A stretch of 64,000 nucleotides of DNA from Myxococcales bacterium (GTDB lineage: Bacteria > Myxococcota_A > Polyangia > Polyangiales > DASUME01), in contig JASGJH010000001.1 of the NCBI GenBank assembly GCA_047601445.1, positions 896,001-960,000 of the forward strand, in the 5' to 3' direction. A program made the position numbers and the translations under genes. Positions 1 through 9,810 of this stretch are shown here, in pieces (within the stretch, counting starts at the first letter, position 1; each line of letters starts with the position of its first letter). Under the pieces are notes generated by a model. It searched no databases. It saw nothing but the letters and a program-made list of their open reading frames with translations, and was not told the DNA's origin.

Positions 1-1
1 C

Positions 2-2449
2 GAGCACGCGCTGCGCTCCGCGACGTTCATGGGCGAGCGCTTCCACGACGTGCCGGAGTCCATCGCCAACATCCGCGCCATCGTCGAGGCCTGCAGCTTC
101 AGCTACGACGAGATTCGCTATCGTTACCCCGGGGAGGCCCTGCCCAGCGGGGTCAGCGAGAGCGAGTGGCTCAAGCAGCTCACCTACCAGGGGGCCGAGC
201 GCCGCTATCCGGACGGCATCCCCGAGAGCGCACGTGCGCAAATCGAGAGCGAGCTCGGGTTGATCCGGGATCTCGACTACGGCGGCTACTTTCTCACCAT
301 GCACGAGCTCGTGGAGTTCTGCCATCAGCAGGGCATCCTGTGTCAGGGCCGCGGCAGCGCGGCCAACAGCATCGTGTGTTACTGCCTGGGCATCACGGCG
401 GTGGACCCCGTGTTGATGGATCTCCTATTCGAGCGCTTTTTGAGCCGCGAGCGCGCCGAGCCGCCGGACATCGATCTCGACATCGAACACGAGCGTCGCG
501 AGGAAGTGATCCAATGGATGTACCAGAAGTACGGCCGGAAGCGCGCGGCGATGGTGGCGAATTTGATCCGCTATCGCGCGCGATCCGCGGTGCGCGACGT
601 GGGCAAGGCACTGGGCATCCCCAGCACCGAGCTCGACGGAATCGCGCGTCTGCTCGGGCATTACGACGACACCATCGAGGAGGCTACGCTGCGTGAATCC
701 GGGCTCGACCCGAATAGCCAGGCGCTGGCGCAGCTGCTCGCGCTGTGCCGCGAGATCAAGGAGTTCCCGCGTCACTTGTCGATTCACCCAGGAGGCTTTT
801 TGCTCGGACACGAGGCGGTGGACAGCATCGTGCCCATCGAGCCCGCCAGCATGGAGAACCGCACGGTCATCCAATGGGACAAGTACGATATCGAGGCGCT
901 CGGCTTGTTCAAGGTCGACTTGCTCGGATTGGGCGCGCTCACGGCCATCCGTCAGTGCTTCAGTCTGCTCCGCAAGCACAAGGCTCTCGACTACGAGATG
1001 GCGACCATCCCGGCGGAGGACCCCACGACCTACGAGATGATCTCGCGCGGTGACACGGTGGGCGTGTTCCAGATCGAGAGCCGAGCCCAGATGGCCATGC
1101 TGCCGCGGCTTCAGCCGCGCAAGTTCTACGACCTGGTGATCGAGGTCGCCATCGTGCGTCCCGGTCCCATCCAAGGCGATATGGTGCATCCCTATCTGCG
1201 CCGCCGGACGGGCGGCGAACCCGTGCATTATCCCCATCCGAGCCTGGAGCGCGTGCTCAAGAAGACCATGGGCATTCCCATCTTCCAGGAGCAGGTGATG
1301 AAGCTGGCCGTGCTAGCGGCGGACTACACACCGGGCGAGGCCGATCAGCTACGCCGCGACATGGCAGCCTGGAAGAGCTCGGGGCGCATCGAGGTCCATC
1401 ATGATCGCCTGGTGAGTCGCATGGTGGCGCGCGGCATCCCCGAGGAGTTCGCGGAGCGTGTGTTCTCCCAGATTCGAGGCTTCGGTGAGTACGGCTTCCC
1501 CGAGAGCCACGCGGCCTCCTTCGCGCTGCTCGCGTACATCACGTCGTGGCTCAAGTGCCACCATCCGGAGGTCTTTTTGTGTGCCATGTTGAACGCGCAG
1601 CCCATGGGGTTCTACGCGCCAGGCACCTTGATCGAAGACGGTGCGCGCCACACGGTGGTCACCTTGCCCATCGACGTGAACCACAGCGATTGGGACTGCA
1701 CGCTGGAGACCACCGAAGTGCCCGACGAGCGCGGCGGGATCGGTCGGGTGCTCGCGGTGCGCATGGGCTATCGCTACGTGAAGGGGCTCGGGACGCGCGA
1801 GCGGGAGCGGCTCGCGAACATTCCGCGTCCGGTGCGCTCCATCGAGGACTTTGCCCGTAAGAGCCAGCTCGGACTCACGCCCCTGGTGTCGCTCGCCGAG
1901 GCCGGGGCCTTCGACAGCCTGGGCATGACGCGGCGGGAGGCGCTGTGGCGAGTGCGCGCGGCGTGCCCGGGGGCGCGTGACCCGCTGCGGTCGGAGCCAG
2001 GCTCGAATATGCCGGTCCTGCGTGCGCTGAGCGTGCCGGAGCAGGTGTTGTGGGACTACCGCACCGCGAGTCACAGCCCACGCGGGCATCCCATGGCGCC
2101 GTTGCGCGAATGGCTGGCCAAGCGGGGCATCCTGAGCGCGCACGAAGTGCGTGACTTGGGCCAGGGCAAGCGGGTGGACTGCATGGGGCTCGTGATCTGT
2201 CGACAGCGTCCTGGGACCGCCACGGGGGTGGTGTTTTTGACGCTCGAGGACGAATTTGGCTTCGTGAATGTGGTGGTTTGGAGCAACGTGTTCGAGCGCT
2301 ATCAACGCGTGCTCCGCACCGCGAGCTTGTTGGGCGTACGTGGCAGGGTTCAGACCGCCGACGGCGTGACGCACGTGATCGCGGAAGAGCTCTATGTGCC
2401 CGAACTCTCGATTGGGCCTCACCAACACCACTCGCGCGACTTTCACTAG
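2..2449 (+). CDS. dnaE2: Error-prone DNA polymerase III alpha subunit DnaE2 (ImuC), 5' partial
   Basis: GRGSAANS, EPPDIDLD, KVDLLGLG and FGEYGFPESHA Pol III alpha motifs; C-terminal SRDFH typical of DnaE2; frame is open to the window edge. Confidence 0.95.
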   Translation, partial: EHALRSATFMGERFHDVPESIANIRAIVEACSFSYDEIRYRYPGEALPSGVSESEWLKQLTYQGAERRYPDGIPESARAQIESELGLIRDLDYGGYFLTMHELVEFCHQQGILCQGRGSAANSIVCYCLGITAVDPVLMDLLFERFLSRERAEPPDIDLDIEHERREEVIQWMYQKYGRKRAAMVANLIRYRARSAVRDVGKALGIPSTELDGIARLLGHYDDTIEEATLRESGLDPNSQALAQLLALCREIKEFPRHLSIHPGGFLLGHEAVDSIVPIEPASMENRTVIQWDKYDIEALGLFKVDLLGLGALTAIRQCFSLLRKHKALDYEMATIPAEDPTTYEMISRGDTVGVFQIESRAQMAMLPRLQPRKFYDLVIEVAIVRPGPIQGDMVHPYLRRRTGGEPVHYPHPSLERVLKKTMGIPIFQEQVMKLAVLAADYTPGEADQLRRDMAAWKSSGRIEVHHDRLVSRMVARGIPEEFAERVFSQIRGFGEYGFPESHAASFALLAYITSWLKCHHPEVFLCAMLNAQPMGFYAPGTLIEDGARHTVVTLPIDVNHSDWDCTLETTEVPDERGGIGRVLAVRMGYRYVKGLGTRERERLANIPRPVRSIEDFARKSQLGLTPLVSLAEAGAFDSLGMTRREALWRVRAACPGARDPLRSEPGSNMPVLRALSVPEQVLWDYRTASHSPRGHPMAPLREWLAKRGILSAHEVRDLGQGKRVDCMGLVICRQRPGTATGVVFLTLEDEFGFVNVVVWSNVFERYQRVLRTASLLGVRGRVQTADGVTHVIAEELYVPELSIGPHQHHSRDFH

Positions 2450-2634
2450 CGCATCGCGGCGACTACGTTCGCGTTGAGTCGGGGACGTGCCCAGGCGCGT
2501 TACAACGCTCTGGTCTAACCGCTCGTACGTGCATCCAAATGCACGAGCTCGCCAAAAAAACCTGACACGCTCGCGCGTTACGCGGCGACGAAGCTCAAAA
2601 CGCCCCACGAAGTGCGTTGGGGGGAGTGCTGCCC

Positions 2635-3501
2635 ATGAGACCGGCACTGGGCCTGGGGATCGATCCGTCGCATCCGCTGGGACAAAGAGTTTTCGCCTTG
2701 TTGACGCGTGCCCACGTACCGCATGTGTACGAACGGAAATTGGGGCTGCCCTACGCGCGCGTGCTGCTCGTGAATCCGAGTGCATTGCCCGCTATGGATG
2801 CCGATCTCGTTTGCGTTCTCACGCCGTCCGCGAGCAGTGCGCAGCCAAGTTTGCGCGCGCTCGAGCCCAATTCGAGCAACTCGAGCCGCGTCGCGTGGCT
2901 AGCCCACGGTCCCAGCATGGCCAGCTTGAACGCACGGCTGCGCCTCGCGCTCAAGACGGGGCGTTTTCTCTCCTCCGCGAGTGAACTCGCTGCGGCCTAC
3001 GTGTCCGAAGACGACGTGGCGTTGGCCGTGGCAGCAAGCCTGGCCTCCGACGAAATACCAGCAGGTTTCCACGTGATTCACGGATCCGAATCGCTCTCCC
3101 ACCGCCACGTCGTTCGTCTGGCGAGCGAGGTCTGGACGCAACCCATCGCGCTCGAAGACGTCGCGCTCGACGACCTGGAGCGCGGCTTGATCGAACGAGG
3201 CATGAGCGCGGCCGAGGCACGCGCCGCACGCGATGCCGACAGCGCACTGTTGCAAGGGGGCTGGTCCGCGCCCAGCGACACCTTCGCGCGCCTCACCGGC
3301 ATGAACCCGTTGCGATTGCTTCGCTATCTCGAAGAGCAGCATTTGGCCTGGTCGGACCCAGCGCTCGCGGGCGCTGCGCCCGCTTCGACTACGACGACAT
3401 CGTCGATTCCGAGCGCGTCGACCCAGGTGCGCGTCGTACTCCCGCCAGGCTTGGCAGCGCGAGAAGTCGGCGGCGTGGCCTCCCTGCGCGTGAGCGCCTG
3501 A
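2635..3501 (+). CDS. NmrA/atypical SDR-like protein, degenerate
   Basis: C-terminal half (YVSEDDVALAVAASL, HGSESLSHRHVVRLASEV, FARLTGMNP) resembles NmrA-like proteins; no clear GxxGxxG; GGGGAG RBS before ATG 2635. Confidence 0.5.
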   Translation: MRPALGLGIDPSHPLGQRVFALLTRAHVPHVYERKLGLPYARVLLVNPSALPAMDADLVCVLTPSASSAQPSLRALEPNSSNSSRVAWLAHGPSMASLNARLRLALKTGRFLSSASELAAAYVSEDDVALAVAASLASDEIPAGFHVIHGSESLSHRHVVRLASEVWTQPIALEDVALDDLERGLIERGMSAAEARAARDADSALLQGGWSAPSDTFARLTGMNPLRLLRYLEEQHLAWSDPALAGAAPASTTTTSSIPSASTQVRVVLPPGLAAREVGGVASLRVSA

Positions 3502-3502
3502 T

Positions 3503-4756
3503 ATGAGCGCAGGCAAACACACGCTGCTCCGGAGCTTCCTCTGGTTGGGCTCGGCGAGCGCCTTCGCGCGTCTCGTCGACTTGGCCGCCATCGCGGTGGT
3601 GATCGGGGTCGTGAGCCCGAGTCAGGTGGGCGAGGCCGCCCTGGCCTGGACGGTGATCACGCTATGCGAGCCGTTCGCCAGCGCCGGCGTGCAATGGGCC
3701 ATGCTGACGGTGCAGAAGCTCGACCGACGTGGCATCGACAGCGCCTTCTGGATGAGTCTGGCCGGTGGCGTCGCGACGGCCGCGCTGGTAGCGGGGCTGG
3801 CCCCCGTGTTCGCCTGGATTGCGCACGCACCCGAGGTCACTCCGTTGATCGCGGTGGGATCGCTCAAGCTGTTGCCAGTCGCGCTCGCCAGCGTGCCTCA
3901 GCAGCGTTTGGCTCGCGTGCTTCGACACCGCGAGATCGCCAGCGCGAGTGCGGCGGCCACCTTGCTGTCGGCCCTGGTGCGGGTGGTGCTCGCGCTCAAG
4001 GGGGCAGGGGCGTGGTCCTTCGTCATCGCCCACACCTCCTACTCTCTATTCTTGTTGGTGGCCCTCTGGCTGTTCGCTCCCTATCACGTGCAGCTCCGCG
4101 TGGACTGGCGCTGGGTCCGCGAGCTGTGGCGCGCCGGGATGCCCTCGACTCTGAGTCAGGCGCTGGTGCAGTGGGCGCGCAACATCGACTATCTCTTCGT
4201 GGGTGCGTTCCTCGGGGTCGCTCCGCTCGGCCTCTATCGTGTGGCGTTCGATCTCGCGATGGAGCCCGTGGTCGCCACTGGCGAGGTGGTGGCCAGGAGC
4301 GCCACGCCCACCCTGCGAAAGCTCGCGCGCTCCCAGGACCGCCTGCGCTCTGCCTTCGACTACGCCATGAAGCTGAGTCTGGCCCTGGCCCTGCCGCTGG
4401 CCGCCGCTACGTTCCTATTCGCGCCGCGCCTGCTCGAGCTGGCCCGCGACAGTGAGTTCGCGGAGGCCTCCTCGGCCACACGCTGGCTGGTGATCGCGGC
4501 GGTGTTGCGCGTGCTGCTCGGGCTCTATACGCCGTTGGCAGTGGCCATCGGGCGCCCCAAGCTTGCGCTGCGCGCAAGCCTGGAGCTCTTCGCGCTGCTC
4601 ACGGTGGCCCTCCTGTTGTGCGTGTGGAAGCTCGGGAGCACGCTCTCCATCGCCTCTGCCGGCGTAGCCTGGTGCGCGGCGGTGGCCCTCTCGCTCGCCA
4701 TCACCAGGTCGCGCTTCCGCAGCGTGCTCGAGCCGCCGCTATCGACGGCCGGTTGA
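3503..4756 (+). CDS. Oligosaccharide flippase family (Wzx/MOP) membrane protein
   Basis: Many hydrophobic segments; NIDYLFVGAFLG...LGLYRVA pattern typical of polysaccharide exporters; starts 1 nt after the upstream stop. Confidence 0.8.
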   Translation: MSAGKHTLLRSFLWLGSASAFARLVDLAAIAVVIGVVSPSQVGEAALAWTVITLCEPFASAGVQWAMLTVQKLDRRGIDSAFWMSLAGGVATAALVAGLAPVFAWIAHAPEVTPLIAVGSLKLLPVALASVPQQRLARVLRHREIASASAAATLLSALVRVVLALKGAGAWSFVIAHTSYSLFLLVALWLFAPYHVQLRVDWRWVRELWRAGMPSTLSQALVQWARNIDYLFVGAFLGVAPLGLYRVAFDLAMEPVVATGEVVARSATPTLRKLARSQDRLRSAFDYAMKLSLALALPLAAATFLFAPRLLELARDSEFAEASSATRWLVIAAVLRVLLGLYTPLAVAIGRPKLALRASLELFALLTVALLLCVWKLGSTLSIASAGVAWCAAVALSLAITRSRFRSVLEPPLSTAG

Positions 4757-4775
4757 CCTTCGAAGCGCGGCTAAT

Positions 4776-5498
4776 TCAGCCCCACATGGCCTTCAGCGAG
4801 AGCGCGAGCTCGGGGCCCGTGGTCTCGTGCTTGAAGAACACGAAGACTTCCTTCCACGCGTGGACCTTGATGCGCTCCATCCACTCGCGCAGCTGTGCTT
4901 CCTCGTAGAACCCGCGACGCAGGCGCACGTAGCCGTAGTCCGTGGTGGCCTCGAACGGCTGCTCGAGCCCGGGATCATCTTCGTCGGTGGGGTCCATGTC
5001 CGAGAACACCAGCGTGGCGCCATGGTCGCGCAGCGGCCCCAGGGTCTCCTCCAGCGTCTCCGGCGCGAACCACGAGCGATGGCGGAACTCCATCACCGCG
5101 CGCATGCCGGTGGGCAGGCTGCCGAGGAAGCGCTTGAGCTTCTCGCTGTCCTTGCGCAGGTAGGGCGGCAGCTGGAAAAGCACCGGGCCGAGGCGTGGTC
5201 CGAGGAGTTGTGCGGTGTTCCAGAAATAGCCGACGTTGTCTTCGGTGTTCTCGAGCTTGGCGTGGTGCGTGATGCGCTGGGAAGCCTTCAGGACGAAGAC
5301 GAACTCGGGCGGCACCTTGCCGGCCCAGCCTGTGAGGAGATCGGGTTTGGGCATCCTGTAGAACGTGTTGTTGATCTCGACCGTGTCGAATTTCGAGGCG
5401 TAATAGCTCAAAAATGCTGCTTCTTTCGTCCCAGCAGGGTAGAACTTGCCCTTCCATTCGGCATAGCTGAATCCACTTGTTCCCACGTGCAGCAACAT
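4776..5498 (-). CDS. DUF72 (YecE-like) TIM-barrel protein
   Basis: HVGTSGFSY.EWKG.FYP, TVEINNTFY, LFQLPP and EFRHRSW motifs; true start MLLHVG at 5498. Confidence 0.9.
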   Translation of the reverse strand: MLLHVGTSGFSYAEWKGKFYPAGTKEAAFLSYYASKFDTVEINNTFYRMPKPDLLTGWAGKVPPEFVFVLKASQRITHHAKLENTEDNVGYFWNTAQLLGPRLGPVLFQLPPYLRKDSEKLKRFLGSLPTGMRAVMEFRHRSWFAPETLEETLGPLRDHGATLVFSDMDPTDEDDPGLEQPFEATTDYGYVRLRRGFYEEAQLREWMERIKVHAWKEVFVFFKHETTGPELALSLKAMWG

Positions 5499-5784
5499 GC
5501 CCCCGAGTATGGTCTCCAAAGGCTTCGGTGAAAGGCAAAGTGGGGGGTCCAGCCCGAACCTGGCGCCTGGGTCGCCGTCGCGCAGCCACGCGCTGCACCT
5601 CCGGCGAGTGATTTCGATGAAAGCTTTCCCGACAGAGCCGTTTCTAGGTACACATGTCAGAGCGGATCGCTGGAGGGGGGAGGGCGAGGCAGCCCACGGG
5701 TGTGGCCTGTCCCACACCGCACGTTCGCCGGGGCCTAAATATTCCCCCGGCCACCCCGTCCGCACTCACAAGGAGAACCCGATC

Positions 5785-6249
5785 ATGAAGCGTTGGATTT
5801 CTGCGTTGATGGCCGCGTTCATCGCTGCCTGTACCCTGGTCGTCGCCCCGGCGGGCCGGGCCCAGGACGACACGGCTACGGTCACCGTGCAGATCACGGG
5901 CTTCAAGGGCACCGACGGCGTGGCGCTGGTGACGCTCTATGCTGGCGCCGACACCTGGCTCAATATCCCCAAGGCATTGCAGGTCGTGAAGACCAAGATC
6001 ACCGGTCCCAACCTGACCGTGGAGTTCAAGGGCGTGAAGCCTGGCACCTACGCGGTGCAGGTGGTGCACGACGCCAACAAGAACAACGAACTCGACATGC
6101 GCTGGTTGCCCTGGCCCAAGCCCAAGGAAGGCGCGGGCGCCTCGAACGATCCTGATTCCAAGGCGGGTCCGCCCAAGTTCGACCAGGCGAAGTTCACGGT
6201 CGCTGCCCCTAGCACCACGGTCAAGGCCACGGTGAAGTACATCGAGTGA
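5785..6249 (+). CDS. DUF2141 family secreted protein
   Basis: Signal peptide; PGTYAVQVVHDANKNNELD...PKEGAGASND motif; AGGAG RBS at 5771-5775. Confidence 0.8.
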   Translation: MKRWISALMAAFIAACTLVVAPAGRAQDDTATVTVQITGFKGTDGVALVTLYAGADTWLNIPKALQVVKTKITGPNLTVEFKGVKPGTYAVQVVHDANKNNELDMRWLPWPKPKEGAGASNDPDSKAGPPKFDQAKFTVAAPSTTVKATVKYIE

Positions 6250-6272
6250 ACGAGCGGCATGCCGCACCATGT

Positions 6273-6305
6273 CGAAGGGAGCCTGCACACGAGCGGCTCC
6301 CTTCG
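6273..6305. terminator. Hairpin between convergent genes, probable bidirectional terminator
   Basis: Perfect 11-bp inverted repeat CGAAGGGAGCC / GGCTCCCTTCG. Confidence 0.55.
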
Positions 6306-6351
6306 CTGCTTTAAATCGCGGTCTTTGCGCTTTGATTCAGCGCGCGCGAGT

Positions 6352-6879
6352 TCAGAAGGTCCCGCCGAGCGAGATCGCCATCGGCCAGCCGACGCGACCG
6401 AGGAGGGCCACCGAGCGCCAGAGCGAATAGCGTCCGCCGAAACCGACGTTCGGGTACACGCCGTCCCAACCATCGCGCTCGATCTTCGCGGCCAGACCGA
6501 GCTCCGGATAGAACGCGAACTTGGGCGTGACACCGAGGCTCCACTGGACGGCGGCGGTGGGCCACACCTGCAGGGGATCGTCGCCCTCGCTAAAGGACAC
6601 GAACGCAACGTCGACGCCGACGCTGATCGCGAGCTCGTCCTTGCTGTTGTAGGAGAGTCCGTCCTTGATCAGCGGGATGTCGACGCGCGCTCCGAGGCCG
6701 AAGTAGCCGTCCCAGGTAATGGAGGCGTGGCCGTCCAAGCGCACGGGCAGGAGGGGCTCCTCCGAGAGGTCTTCGTACTCGGCTCCCTCGGCTTCGTCGG
6801 CCTGGGCATTGGCAGAGAACAGCGAAGATGCGGCGAGCGTGGCAGCTGCCAGTCGAGCGAACACCGGGACCCCTTTCAT
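6352..6879 (-). CDS. Small outer-membrane beta-barrel-like protein
   Basis: Signal peptide, alternating amphipathic strands, C-terminal ...ISLGGTF. Confidence 0.6.
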   Translation of the reverse strand: MKGVPVFARLAAATLAASSLFSANAQADEAEGAEYEDLSEEPLLPVRLDGHASITWDGYFGLGARVDIPLIKDGLSYNSKDELAISVGVDVAFVSFSEGDDPLQVWPTAAVQWSLGVTPKFAFYPELGLAAKIERDGWDGVYPNVGFGGRYSLWRSVALLGRVGWPMAISLGGTF

Positions 6880-7070
6880 GATGAGCGATCAAGACATGAG
6901 CGGCTCTTCCCAGCAAGGAATAGGATCGCGACACGCGTTGCCGAGACCTACATCGGTGCTCGCCGGCTGGCACAGCGTGACACAGCGCCTTTCCCCGGAA
7001 ATCACTCGGGATTCCCCTGGGCATATGGCTTGCTTTCGGGCAGCCTGTAGTTTCCTCGAAGGAGAGTTCC

Positions 7071-9698
7071 ATGGCGTACCGCGCGACAAACCGCCTGCCG
7101 ACCCTGATTGGGACCGGCCTTCTACTGGGCCTGCTGGGGACCGGCTGCGGCTCATCCACGGCCGATGAGCATGGCGACAACGACGTCGACGCCCTCCGAG
7201 GCTCCAACACCAAGGCGGCCCTGTTGCGGGCCCAGGATTGTGACGACCTGCTGAGCAAGCTGCAGGCGGACGCGATCATCAAGGTCAAGCTGGAGGCGGC
7301 GCGGGCCATCGCGCAGTTTGGTGAGTACGCACGTCATGGTGGTGGCTTCATTGCACCGGGGGAGGCAGTCGACGATGGTCTGAGCGGTTCGCTCCCCGAC
7401 AGTGACCTGGCCTCTCCGCAGAGCCCCTCGGCCGCGCCGCCCTCCGATGTCGGCAGCAATGCGGGCGCGCCCACTCCGAGTGGTGGCGCGGTCGGCGACA
7501 GCGCTGGCGAGGAAGCGAAGGGGCCGGATGGCGCCTCCGAGACCAACAATCAGGTCAAGGGCGTGGACGAGGCCGACTTCGTGAAGGTCGTGCGCATGGG
7601 CGAATCCATGTTCGTGCTCAACGGCAACACGCTGTACAAGCTCGACACGTGGCCCGCGGCCGATACGTCGCTGAGCTCGAGCAAGCTCCTGATCGAGGGC
7701 TCGCCCACCGAGATGTTCGTGACCGATGCGGGCAAGGCCGTCGTGTTCTCCACGGTGTACGGCTACGGGAACGGTGGTGGTGTGGACGGTGGCGTCAAGA
7801 ACCCCGCGACTGAAGCGAGCCCTCCGCCTAGCGTGGGGCTGGCGCAGGCCGACGTGGCGCTCTGCGCGCCGGTGCCTGTCGACGCGCCGGTAGGCGTCGG
7901 CGTGACGGACACTGCTCCCAATGCCACGTCTGCTCCCGACAGCGCGCGCGATGCCGGCGCCGCCAGCGCTGGCTCCGGCGGCGCCACGATGGCCTCTGGC
8001 GCCACCCCGAAGGCCGCTTACTATGGCGGCGGTTGCGGCGGGTACTACTTGCCCGTCACCAAGATCACGGTGGTCGACGTCTCGGGCAGCGACTTCCGGG
8101 CCGAGCGCGAGATCTATTACGAAGGCAACTACCTCTCCTCGCGCCGCTACGGAGATGTGGTGCGCGTGGTGCTGCAGGCCGAGGGCGCCTTCAACTTCAT
8201 CCAGGGCTTTCCCTACTACGACAACCAGGGGAACATGCTCTCGCGCTCGCAGTTCGAGCGCGCGGTCGCCAAGAGCGTGGCGGCGGCCGAGGCGCAGATC
8301 CGCAAGCAGACCCTCAAGGATTGGCTGCCCAGCGTGCAGGAGGCCAAGCTCGGCCAGCTCGAGACCATCGAGCCCACCTGCGAGAACTTCTTCGTACCCG
8401 TGCCCGGCTTGAGCGGCTACGGCCTCACTCACGTGCTCTCGCTCGATCTCACCAAGGGCGGTGACGTCGGCGGTGTGACGGTGATGGGCTCGGCGCAGAC
8501 CGTGTACTCGAACCTCGATACTCTCGTGCTCGCGCAGCCTGACTATCGCTGGGGCCCGGCGGTGGACTTCGGCTTCGTCGACGAGCAGCTGCTCAACGTG
8601 CACAAGTTCAGCATCAAGGGTGCCGACACCATCTACGACGCTTCGGGTTCGGTCTCCGGCGTGCTGCCCCCCAACAACGCACAGTTCGGCATCGACGTGA
8701 AGGGCGACGTGCTGCGGCTGGCTACCACGGGCCGCGTGCGCACCAACCCCGAGGCGGAGCCCGAGAGCCTGGACTTCTGGAACTTCGGCACCACCAACCA
8801 CGTATTCGCGCTCCAGCAAGCAGGTGGGCTGCTCAAGGTGGTGGGCAAGAGCGAAAACCTCGGCCACGAGGGCGAGAGCTTGCAGTCGGCGCGCTTCGTC
8901 GGGGATCGCGCTTATGTGGTGACCTTCCGCCAGACGGATCCGCTAGTCGTGCTGGACCTCAAGAACCCCGCGCAGCTCAGCGTGCTCGGGCAGATCGAGA
9001 TCCCCGGCTTCAGCCAGTACATGCACCCGCTCGATGACAATCACCTGATCACGTTCGGCACCAGCGGTACCTTCGGCTTCCAGCTGCAGCTGTTCGACGT
9101 GACCAACCCAGCGCAGGGCATCCCCGCGCCCAAGGTGCTCGACTACGGCTCGAGCAGCTCCTCGGAGGCGCAGTACAACCACAAGGCGCTCACCTTCTTC
9201 CCCGAGCAGAACCTGGTGGCGCTGCCGCTCTACAGCTACGGTGACGGCTACTCCTCGAACTTCAGCTCCACGCTGCAGCTGCTCAAGGTCGATGCGGTCA
9301 ACGGCTTCACCAAGGTGGGCGAGGTGGATCACAGCGCGCTCTATCAGGAGCAATCGGCGGATTGCGTGAAGTGCTACAACGGCTTCTGCCAGTACGTTTG
9401 CTACAACAACTACTCGCCCGAGGTACGCCGCGGTCACTTCGTGACCGGCGAAGGGTCCACCTTCGTGTACTCCTTCAGCTACGCAGGCGTGATCGTGAAC
9501 GACCTGTCGAACCTGACCGACAACCTGGCGGAGGTCCCGTTCCCCACGCCCGCTTGGGGCAGCGACTCCTGGTACGGCGGTGTCGGGGGTATCAATCCGG
9601 TGCCGCCCACCAACGTCGGTTCGGGTGGCGCGACGGACCCGGGAGCTCCCACCGCGGGCGCGGCCGTCGACGCGGGCGCAGCCCCCAGCAAGATCTGA
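7071..9698 (+). CDS. Secreted beta-propeller domain lipoprotein
   Basis: Lipobox LGTGC; SETNNQVKGVDEADFVK, SARFVGDRAYVVTFRQTDPL and IPGFSQYMHP motifs; GGAG RBS. Confidence 0.85.
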   Translation: MAYRATNRLPTLIGTGLLLGLLGTGCGSSTADEHGDNDVDALRGSNTKAALLRAQDCDDLLSKLQADAIIKVKLEAARAIAQFGEYARHGGGFIAPGEAVDDGLSGSLPDSDLASPQSPSAAPPSDVGSNAGAPTPSGGAVGDSAGEEAKGPDGASETNNQVKGVDEADFVKVVRMGESMFVLNGNTLYKLDTWPAADTSLSSSKLLIEGSPTEMFVTDAGKAVVFSTVYGYGNGGGVDGGVKNPATEASPPPSVGLAQADVALCAPVPVDAPVGVGVTDTAPNATSAPDSARDAGAASAGSGGATMASGATPKAAYYGGGCGGYYLPVTKITVVDVSGSDFRAEREIYYEGNYLSSRRYGDVVRVVLQAEGAFNFIQGFPYYDNQGNMLSRSQFERAVAKSVAAAEAQIRKQTLKDWLPSVQEAKLGQLETIEPTCENFFVPVPGLSGYGLTHVLSLDLTKGGDVGGVTVMGSAQTVYSNLDTLVLAQPDYRWGPAVDFGFVDEQLLNVHKFSIKGADTIYDASGSVSGVLPPNNAQFGIDVKGDVLRLATTGRVRTNPEAEPESLDFWNFGTTNHVFALQQAGGLLKVVGKSENLGHEGESLQSARFVGDRAYVVTFRQTDPLVVLDLKNPAQLSVLGQIEIPGFSQYMHPLDDNHLITFGTSGTFGFQLQLFDVTNPAQGIPAPKVLDYGSSSSSEAQYNHKALTFFPEQNLVALPLYSYGDGYSSNFSSTLQLLKVDAVNGFTKVGEVDHSALYQEQSADCVKCYNGFCQYVCYNNYSPEVRRGHFVTGEGSTFVYSFSYAGVIVNDLSNLTDNLAEVPFPTPAWGSDSWYGGVGGINPVPPTNVGSGGATDPGAPTAGAAVDAGAAPSKI

Positions 9699-9703
9699 GC
9701 AGC

Positions 9704-9780
9704 GGGCGCTCCTAGGCGCCCAAGGCAACCAGCGAGGCCGGCGACCCGAGAGGGAAGCCGGCCTTCGTCTTTGGTTGCCT
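9704..9780 (+). other. Structured intergenic double hairpin (terminator or stabiliser)
   Basis: Small hairpin at 9704-9721, then a 58-nt hairpin at 9723-9780 with a GA/AA internal loop and GAGA tetraloop. Confidence 0.5.
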
Positions 9781-9810
9781 CGGCGCGTGCCCGACGCCAG
9801 GCTCGCGGGC

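Noticed and set aside
9699..9810. Cobalamin riboswitch upstream of cobS
   Set aside because: The region is only about 110 nt and I could not find the B12-box or the conserved core.
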